The notes beneath the pieces were generated by a model. It saw nothing but the letters and a program-made list of their open reading frames with translations. It was not told the DNA's origin and did no database searches. A stretch of 64,000 bases of DNA. It comes from a bacterium (GTDB taxonomy: Bacteria > UBP18 > UBA7526). Position numbers and translations under genes: made by a program. This document shows positions 57,132-64,000 of this stretch, in pieces. Numbering within the stretch: position 1 is the first letter of the stretch; every line of letters begins with the position of its first letter. The stretch covers positions 2,384 through 66,383 of the forward strand of contig JAUWYL010000003.1 of assembly GCA_030615855.1 (NCBI GenBank), written 5' to 3'.

Positions 57132-58391
57132 TTAGATGCTGTCGGTAATGAACTCCTCTTCGTTCTCCATCTGTTGTTCGTCAGTGATGGCCTCGGCTAT
57201 GGTCTCCTCTTCCTTCCCTCTCATAAAGATCTGCAGCAGGAGATAGATGATAGCCCCTATTCTTCTTATTCCTTTAGTCCTTTCTATTGTCTCCTGAACC
57301 TTCTCTCTCCATTCCTCTCCAAAGAGGAGTATCAAGGGGATACTCTTTATAGCTAGCTTGCTCTTTTTGACCAATTTTGCAATTGGCTTCTTCTCCTCAG
57401 AGATGCGAGCGATAAGCATGATGAGGAAGAAGGGTAGGAGCCAGAAGAAACCAAAGAGTTTCCCAGGAGAGAGAGTGAAGACCAGCGGATCAGCTACCCG
57501 ATTCAAATTGAAAACCACCAGTATAGCACTCCCCCAGATGACGAAGAGGTTCCCTAAGGGATTACTGGCCTTCAAGAACCTTCCCCCTTCTGTTCTCTTA
57601 TGCATAAAGGGCCAGGCGATATTGGCTCCCATGAAACCCGTGAAGTCGAATAGCAGGTGGGAGAAGTAGCCACAGGTAATGACCGCCCCATAGACCCAGG
57701 CCTTGGCAAAGGAGCCTAAGACCAATCCCATAATGAGCCAGCCCAAGAGGCCATAGAATAGCCCTAAGATAGCGGAATGGCTCCACTGCCTATGCCAGGG
57801 AAGAAAGACAATATTTACTCCCTCTTCCTTTTTAGTAAACAAAAAGGAGGGACCGTTGAAGATATCTATGGAAGAGGGTCTTGCCTGGGCCATTAATATC
57901 TTACACTTTGTCTTGCCCCTTCCTTCTTTTGGTCCAGTGAGTTCTGTTCCTTCAATATGCACCGGGAGCTGGGACATAGAGACCACCGGTCCTAACTTTA
58001 CCATGGTCTCATTTTTTTCCACATCATAGCCCACCTGATACTGTCTCCAGTTATCAGCCCCCATCTGGACGGTGTGCATCTGAAGGGTGATGTCCTTTCC
58101 CGTATCCCAGCATTTATTGATAGCCTCGGCCATCTTATCCGCCACCTTCTGGGCATCGATAGAACTGGGGTTGCGGGAATCGAGAAGATATTCCGGGGTT
58201 GCCGGATCGATGATGTAGTCGTTCTTGGCCAACATCATGGCCAATTTGAAGTCCTGGGTATCGGGAAGTATGCCGAATAGTCCTCCTAAGACCAGGATCC
58301 AGGAATGGGGGGTGGCCATAGACATAGAAAGAGCTTTGGTAAAACAGGTGGCTGCCGCCACCCCAGTACAAAAATGGGTAAGTCCTTTCAT
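57132..58391 (-). CDS. membrane protein with a C-terminal multi-TM domain resembling membrane-bound metal-dependent hydrolases (YdjM/DUF457-like)
   Basis: 419 aa. Soluble N-half. C-half has 5-6 TM helices with conserved His/Asp (HSAILG, SHLLFDF). Confidence 0.4.
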   Translation of the reverse strand: MKGLTHFCTGVAAATCFTKALSMSMATPHSWILVLGGLFGILPDTQDFKLAMMLAKNDYIIDPATPEYLLDSRNPSSIDAQKVADKMAEAINKCWDTGKDITLQMHTVQMGADNWRQYQVGYDVEKNETMVKLGPVVSMSQLPVHIEGTELTGPKEGRGKTKCKILMAQARPSSIDIFNGPSFLFTKKEEGVNIVFLPWHRQWSHSAILGLFYGLLGWLIMGLVLGSFAKAWVYGAVITCGYFSHLLFDFTGFMGANIAWPFMHKRTEGGRFLKASNPLGNLFVIWGSAILVVFNLNRVADPLVFTLSPGKLFGFFWLLPFFLIMLIARISEEKKPIAKLVKKSKLAIKSIPLILLFGEEWREKVQETIERTKGIRRIGAIIYLLLQIFMRGKEEETIAEAITDEQQMENEEEFITDSI

Positions 58392-58488
58392 CTTTACCTC
58401 CTTTTATACACTGATTATTACTGATTGATTACGGATTAGCACGGATAATCCGTGCCCATCCGTGTTGTTATCCGTGCCTATCCGTGTA

Positions 58489-59814
58489 TTAGAAGAGTTT
58501 CAAAGCCATGCAGATGGGTGCGCCCAATCCCGCCATATTGAGGCACATGGGGATTAAGAGAATCCCCAGGCAGTTCATCCTCCGGGAATGCCACATAACC
58601 GGGATGAGACCGATGGCGGTACCGATGAGCATGATGAAGAGCCCTATCCAGCCCGTTATCCCAATCACCGTTAGGGGAAGGATGACCAAAGTAATCCAGG
58701 AGATCATCCGATAGTTTATCTTGGCGATGAGGTTGATCATGAAGCGGGAGAAACGCAGAAGGAGAAAGAAGGATAGTCCCCCGCTTATGGCCATCACTGC
58801 CATAGCCAACCAGTAGTCCCCAATGTTGTAAGCCGCGTAGTAGGGTTTGAGCATCCAGGCCAATCCCCCTCTGGTAAGATGGTTCAGGGGGGGGATAAAG
58901 AAGAGGAGGAAGGCCCCCACATAGTAGATAACCTTGGAAGTCCCCTGTGACAAAACGAAGATCCGCTCATCCCTCTGGGCAATGGCATGGCCGGATAAGA
59001 GGCCTCCGATACCACCCGTTACCCCGGGCATGAGAGCCGCAAACCCTCCTCCTAAGGTACCGGCCACCGTTCCCCTGATAATCACAGAGAAATTAACATC
59101 TACAGAGGCGCCTGCAGTATACTGCTTAGGAATCTCTGTCTTAGAGATGATGTTGGTAATCACCCAGGGGACAGCAAAGAGCCCCACAAAGGCGGGCATC
59201 AGGGATTGAAAGGCTTTCTCCACCGGGATGAGGGTTCTATTCATGACGACCAATCCCAGGGCGCCAGAGAGAAGAAGGGTGAGAAGGCCTGCTCCACAGG
59301 ACTTCAGCCCCTCCAATGTCCTCCCTAAGGCGGTCTTGGCTCTTAAGGTGGCCTTGGGCCATTCTGAGGCAATGATGTAGACAATGATCAGACCCAGAAT
59401 CCAAAAGAAGTGGGGAGCGATTAATTTCTTGACATACTTTATGAGGTGAAAACTGACCGGGAACAGGAGCCAGAGGGCGATAATCCCCCCTAAGGAACCC
59501 AGTCCGGTCAGGATGGCTGCCTCATATCCCTTGCCCTGGAGCATATACTTCTGTCCGGGAAGGACAACAAACATGGCGCTCTCATCCGGGGCTCCTAAGA
59601 ACATGGCGGGAACAGTGTTGATTATTGCCCAGGAGACGATCCCCGCCATGAACATGACCGCAACATACTCCGCCGGGATGAGATGCAGGTGAGCCCCATA
59701 CCACAGCAAGAAGTAGCCCATCACACCGTAGAGATGCAATCCCGGAATGAGGGCCAAGACTCCGGCCACTACAGTTCCCAGAATAGTCCAGAAAAGAAGG
59801 TTTAGGAATATCAT
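58489..59814 (-). CDS. TctA-like (DUF112) large permease family membrane protein
   Basis: 441 aa, ~12 TM helices. Duplicated PG-x2-G loops (LIPGLHLYG, LMPGVTGGIGG) typical of the TctA family. Confidence 0.45.
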   Translation of the reverse strand: MIFLNLLFWTILGTVVAGVLALIPGLHLYGVMGYFLLWYGAHLHLIPAEYVAVMFMAGIVSWAIINTVPAMFLGAPDESAMFVVLPGQKYMLQGKGYEAAILTGLGSLGGIIALWLLFPVSFHLIKYVKKLIAPHFFWILGLIIVYIIASEWPKATLRAKTALGRTLEGLKSCGAGLLTLLLSGALGLVVMNRTLIPVEKAFQSLMPAFVGLFAVPWVITNIISKTEIPKQYTAGASVDVNFSVIIRGTVAGTLGGGFAALMPGVTGGIGGLLSGHAIAQRDERIFVLSQGTSKVIYYVGAFLLFFIPPLNHLTRGGLAWMLKPYYAAYNIGDYWLAMAVMAISGGLSFFLLLRFSRFMINLIAKINYRMISWITLVILPLTVIGITGWIGLFIMLIGTAIGLIPVMWHSRRMNCLGILLIPMCLNMAGLGAPICMALKLF

Positions 59815-59817
59815 TTC

Positions 59818-60942
59818 TTACCCCCTTTCCCCAGTCAATCTGATATCCTCGGAATGGAGGACCTTGACCTGCATCATTCCCCGATACTGGGTTACCTTAC
59901 CTTTTACAGAGATTGAGGCTCCGGGAATAGTAACCAACCTATCCACTCCCTTCTCCACCTCTGGCCAATAGACGACTTCTATCTTGCCCGTGTTATCAGC
60001 AATAACTACATTAGTAGGGTTTGTTCTTCGCTTAAGAGTTAAAACCTTTCCGCTACATTCTACTATCTTCCCCATCCTTTCACTGGTAATGAGGCCGATA
60101 TTGAACTTGGAAACCCTCTCTTCCTTAGAGAGGGCCTCGGCCCGGGTAATCTTAAACCTATCCAGCCTTATGAGAGTAAGCGATCTTTTTCCTTTCCTAT
60201 CTACATATACCCTTCCAGAGAGTTCTACCTTATCCTCTATCCTGGGTACCTTACCGAATTTCTTAAGATCTTGGTAGGTCCACTTAGGAGCGAATACCTT
60301 GATCTTACCTGTCTCATCCTCAACCCAGAAGTTTAGATTCACCTTCTTATAAGGACGTGGAGGATATTTCACCTTTCCTTTAATGCTCACCAAAGTACCA
60401 GCCTCTAAGGGATAGACCTCTTTAACCTTGAGTGAGGAGAAAACGGCTGGTTTTATGGTAAGCAGATCCGCACTCTGTAACGAAAGTGAGGTGCCATATA
60501 CTTCATCTATCTTTATGGCTCCCGTGGCCTCCACCTCATCCTCTACCCTGGGGATCCTATCCAGCCTCGCGATGTCCTCTGTAACATCCCCCCAGGCAGT
60601 GATCCTTATTTCTCCTGTCCCATCATCCACGGTAATGGAAAAAGATCTCTTACCTTTCTTGCCTCTCAGGGGCTTTACCTTCACTACTTTCCCTACTATC
60701 TTAGCGTTGGCAAAGTTATAGAGTCCGGTAATATCGCCCACCTTCACTACCGGAACATGAATCACCTTGATAGCAACCAAGTAAAGGATCACTACCCCGA
60801 TAATGGCCATCCAGACACTGCCATACTTGAAGAGTCTTAGTGAAAGGCGATGCTTAATGTGGGCTCCACAGTAAGGGCACTTGTAATGGGCTCCTACAAA
60901 GCGACCACAACTGGGACATCTGACCTCTTCTTCTACTACCAT
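59818..60942 (-). CDS. membrane-anchored protein: N-terminal zinc-ribbon, one TM helix, three extracytoplasmic OB-fold domains
   Basis: CPSCGRFVGAHYKCPYCG. TM helix WMAIIGVVILYLVAI. OB units share motifs with those of 43086..45020 and 63377..63958 (xVDDGTGEIRITAW, ADNTGKIEVVYW). Confidence 0.5.
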   Translation of the reverse strand: MVVEEEVRCPSCGRFVGAHYKCPYCGAHIKHRLSLRLFKYGSVWMAIIGVVILYLVAIKVIHVPVVKVGDITGLYNFANAKIVGKVVKVKPLRGKKGKRSFSITVDDGTGEIRITAWGDVTEDIARLDRIPRVEDEVEATGAIKIDEVYGTSLSLQSADLLTIKPAVFSSLKVKEVYPLEAGTLVSIKGKVKYPPRPYKKVNLNFWVEDETGKIKVFAPKWTYQDLKKFGKVPRIEDKVELSGRVYVDRKGKRSLTLIRLDRFKITRAEALSKEERVSKFNIGLITSERMGKIVECSGKVLTLKRRTNPTNVVIADNTGKIEVVYWPEVEKGVDRLVTIPGASISVKGKVTQYRGMMQVKVLHSEDIRLTGERG

Positions 60943-61094
60943 AATTCTCCCTCCTTTCTTAAACGCAGATTTCTTTATTCTGCTTACTGCGTGGGATTAA
61001 ATACACGGATAATCACGGATAAAACCTTAAACACGGATTATCACGGATTGGTTACGGATTCACACCCCATACCACTCCGACTCTAAGTTGGAGG

Positions 61095-61140
61095 CTACGG
61101 GGCCCTGCACCATATGGTTCAGGGCGGGGCAGGTAGATCA
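61095..61140. repeat. 45-nt conserved element (ctacggggcyctgcaccrtatggttcagggcggggcagg), second copy at 56545..56590
   Basis: Two near-identical copies in unrelated intergenic regions. Confidence 0.6.
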
Positions 61141-61443
61141 CAGATACTGGATACTTGATTCTAGATATTAGGAAACTCAGATAGACGCCAGACAATCTGG
61201 CTAGATTCTTCGTAATACTCAGAATGTAGGATCGGGAAACTGGGATATCAGGCACTTCGTTTCAATGCAAAGTGCAAAATTAACTGCTCACTCATTTTGC
61301 ATTGTTGTTTATTCCCAGTTTCCTCCGCCCCATCCGCCCCGGAGGGGCGAGACCTCGCCTCTGGCGGGCAATCCCCTAATCACCAATAACTGATAACTTT
61401 CTCCTGTAACCTGAGGCCGGCAGCCTGTAGCCTGAGGCCTGAA

Positions 61444-61956
61444 TTACTCTACAGTAATCAGGTCCCTCCACTTCGCCAGGGTCTTGGGCCCCACTCCCTT
61501 TGCCTTGGTGATATCATCAATACTGGTGTAGGGTCGGGCAGCGATGATTGCCTGGGCCTTAGCCGGGCCCACTCCAGGAAGGGCCTGAAGCTCACTAGCA
61601 GAAGCGGTATTGATGTTGATCTTTACTCCCGGAGCAAGGGGCTTCTTCTTGGCTGCTTTGGGCTTGCCAACCACCTCTGTGGCACCCTCTACAGTAATCA
61701 GGTCCCTCCACTTCATCAGGGTCTTGGGCCCCACTCCCTTTGCCTTGGTGATATCATCAATACTGGTGTAGGGTCGGGCAGCGATGATTGCCTGAGCCTT
61801 GGCCGGTCCCACCCCGGGAAGGCTCTGAAGCTCTGCACTGGTAGCGGTATTAATGTTCACCTTGGCCTGAATTAGGGTCGCTCCAAAGATTAGAAGACCT
61901 AAAGCAAGCACCAGAATCAATCCTTTTTTCATTCTTCTCACCCCCCTTCTAAACAC
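61444..61956 (-). CDS. secreted ComEA-like protein with two HhH DNA-binding domains
   Basis: Signal peptide. Two units NINTATSAELQSLPGVGPAKAQAIIAARPYTSIDDITKAKGVGPKTLxKWRDLITVE, near-identical at the DNA level. Confidence 0.7.
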   Translation of the reverse strand: MFRRGVRRMKKGLILVLALGLLIFGATLIQAKVNINTATSAELQSLPGVGPAKAQAIIAARPYTSIDDITKAKGVGPKTLMKWRDLITVEGATEVVGKPKAAKKKPLAPGVKININTASASELQALPGVGPAKAQAIIAARPYTSIDDITKAKGVGPKTLAKWRDLITVE

Positions 61957-62196
61957 AGATTTTCACAGATTTTTTACAGCTGGGCACAGATCACAGATCT
62001 TGAAAGCCTGCTGAATTTTGAAAATTGTTTGTATCTTGTTTCTTGGTGTTTGTATCTTGTCAACGGTTTTCTATTCTCTCTTTTCTCTACTGATTTCCGT
62101 TCTCTGCCAACTGATTTCTGTTTTCCCTGCCCCGTAGGCTTGTCCTTCGGGGTAACAACCGATTTCTATTTTTATAGTCAATCACCGATCACCGTA

Positions 62197-63180
62197 TTAG
62201 AACCATCTCTTCCTACGACAGTAGACGTAGATCAGGAATCCGGTTAAGCAGATAATGCCCCAGGCGAAGAGGTAGCCGAGGCGCCACCTGAACTCTGGGA
62301 TAAAGACAAAGTTCATCCCCCACAGTCCGGTAAGAAAGGTCATGGGGATGAAGATAGTGGCCACAATGGTCAGTACCTTCATGGTATTGTTCATCCTATG
62401 AGAAAGAAGGGAGAGATGGGCCTCCATTACTGAGGTTAACAACTCCCGAAAGGTCTCGATCATACTATGGATCCTGATCAGATGATCGTGGATATCCCTA
62501 TAGTAGACGGCCATCTGAGGATGAACGAAGGGATAGTCCCTTCTGCAGAAACGGGCGATGAGCTCTCGTTGGGGAGCCATGACCTTCCTCAGGGAAATAA
62601 TGTGTCTCTTATAGGAAAAGACCTTATTTAAAAACTTCTCTGGCTTAGCAGTAGAAACAGTGTCTTCCAATTCATCTATCCGATCCTCAATGAGGTTCAG
62701 GATATAGAAGTAGTTATCCATAATGTCATCCAGAATGGAATAGAGGAGAAAGTCGCATCCCTTAGAAAGTATTTCAGGATTTTTCTTTAACTCTTCCATT
62801 ATGGTATTTATATTCCATATCTTCTCCTTATGTAAGGTGAGGATATAATTCTTTCCTAAGATAACGTCTATCTCTCGGATGCTCAAGGGCTCCTCCCCTC
62901 TCTCTTCCTTATCCTTATAGAAGTAGACAGAGTGCATGATCATAAAGAGGTAATCGGAGAACTCATCAACCTTGGGCTCTTCTTGAGGAACACGGCAGGC
63001 ATCGATCACCAGAGAATGGAGATAGATGGCCGCTCTTAAGAATTCAAAATCTTCTTCACTGGGATCGAAGAAGTCAAGCCACAGGACGTTCTTCTCATTC
63101 TTAAGAAGTTTCTTGACCTTCTTAAGGTCGATCCCGGTCTCTAACTTCTTACCTTCTCTTAGGAGAAAGGAAGTAATCAT
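62197..63180 (-). CDS. corA: magnesium/cobalt transporter CorA
   Basis: 327 aa. C-terminal two TM helices with GMN motif (LWGMNFVFIPEF). Confidence 0.85.
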   Translation of the reverse strand: MITSFLLREGKKLETGIDLKKVKKLLKNEKNVLWLDFFDPSEEDFEFLRAAIYLHSLVIDACRVPQEEPKVDEFSDYLFMIMHSVYFYKDKEERGEEPLSIREIDVILGKNYILTLHKEKIWNINTIMEELKKNPEILSKGCDFLLYSILDDIMDNYFYILNLIEDRIDELEDTVSTAKPEKFLNKVFSYKRHIISLRKVMAPQRELIARFCRRDYPFVHPQMAVYYRDIHDHLIRIHSMIETFRELLTSVMEAHLSLLSHRMNNTMKVLTIVATIFIPMTFLTGLWGMNFVFIPEFRWRLGYLFAWGIICLTGFLIYVYCRRKRWF

Positions 63181-63376
63181 CTCTCAACCCCTAATCATAG
63201 ATTATCAGAACATCAGAATGAGAATTCAGGAATCAGATTTCAGATTCAATCTGACCTTCTGATAACTGACCCTCTCCATCTGATACTCTGGTAATCTGAT
63301 ATTCTAATTATACGAGCAGCGCCCGTCTGGCCGCCGGACAGGCAACCGCAATCAATTAACGTAACTTGCAGCCTAT

Positions 63377-63958
63377 TTATTTTACAGTAACCAATGGTCT
63401 CAATTTTTCCAGGGTGGCAGGTCCGATTCCCCTTACCTTAAGTAAATCATCAACTGTAGCATAGGGTCTACCAGCGATGATTGCTTGGGCCTTGGCTGGC
63501 CCAATCCTAGGGAGAGTCTCTAGCTGGGGGACAGAAGCGGTGTTGATATTTATCCTGGCCCCTGGAACCACTCTCTTCTCTGCGGGAGTTACTCTCTTCG
63601 CTGGAGGTTTCTTTATCACTGGTGCTGCACTTAGTATCTGGATATCAGAAGGCTCCTTGGGCTTTATTTGTAGCCCTCCTCTATAGAAACCGATCTGGCC
63701 AGTGACCTGGATGGAGGTGCCGGTCTTTAGGCTTTCTCTCCGGGGTAGGCGCTGGTATAGGCTCTTCCAGATGAGAACATCTATGCTTCCGGTGCCGTCG
63801 TTAATCCGCAAAGTGCGGCCCTTCTCTTCCTTGAAGACCTTGATGCTTGTTATCTTTCCTTTGAGCCTTGCCCTCTGCCCCACGTTCGCCCGGGTCATAC
63901 TCCCAATAGAGGAGACCTCTGGGGCGGGAAGAGCCGGCGCCTTCTTTTTCGGAACCAC
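63377..63958 (-). CDS. secreted OB-fold + ComEA-type HhH protein
   Basis: OB unit ANVGQRARLKGKITSIKVFKEEKGRTLRINDGTGSIDVLIWKSLYQ. HhH unit ININTASVPQLETLPRIGPAKAQAIIAGRPYATVDDLLKVRGIGPATLEKLRPLVTV. Confidence 0.55.
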   Translation of the reverse strand: MVPKKKAPALPAPEVSSIGSMTRANVGQRARLKGKITSIKVFKEEKGRTLRINDGTGSIDVLIWKSLYQRLPRRESLKTGTSIQVTGQIGFYRGGLQIKPKEPSDIQILSAAPVIKKPPAKRVTPAEKRVVPGARININTASVPQLETLPRIGPAKAQAIIAGRPYATVDDLLKVRGIGPATLEKLRPLVTVK

Positions 63959-64000
63959 TTTCTTTTCTGGAACTACTTTTTTCTCCGGGATACCTCCGCG

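Overview
All ~58 supportable genes in this 64 kb window lie on the minus strand. The window comes from a diderm (Gram-negative-type) bacterium. Positions 1-20 kb are a housekeeping block: mlaFE, alr, dnaB, rplI-rpsR-ssb-rpsF, ychF, a membrane pyrophosphatase, pth-rplY-prs-glmU, tRNA-Gln, spoVG, ispE, a TPR protein and GTP-PEPCK. Positions 20-38 kb hold a type II secretion / pseudopilus locus (gspC-D-E-F-G-H-I-J-K plus gspL/M-like genes). Two cargo units are embedded in it: a C25 (gingipain-like) cysteine peptidase with a propeptide-like paralogue, and a HEPN/MNT toxin-antitoxin cassette inserted exactly at the gspF start, with a 33-bp duplication and its own sigma70 promoters. Positions 38-64 kb are accessory. 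They contain a tRNA gene split by a 229-nt insertion in the anticodon loop and nine secreted or membrane proteins built from ComEA-type helix-hairpin-helix DNA-binding domains and OB folds. They also contain a 1422-aa surface protein that combines lamin-tail domains with a ComEC-like metallo-beta-lactamase nuclease domain. Three giant proteins share a Gly-linker / CFIATAAY C-terminal sorting domain. Also present are two paralogous minimal nucleotidyltransferases, an orphan ParB, and TctA-like and CorA transporters. Taken together, this is a candidate surface apparatus for capturing and processing extracellular DNA, linked to the pseudopilus machinery. Nearly every intergenic region carries short k-mer tandem or palindromic repeats from several families, and some copies sit in-frame inside coding sequences. 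A CTCCGAACGGAGTGAGG-like leader containing the Shine-Dalgarno sequence precedes at least seven genes.
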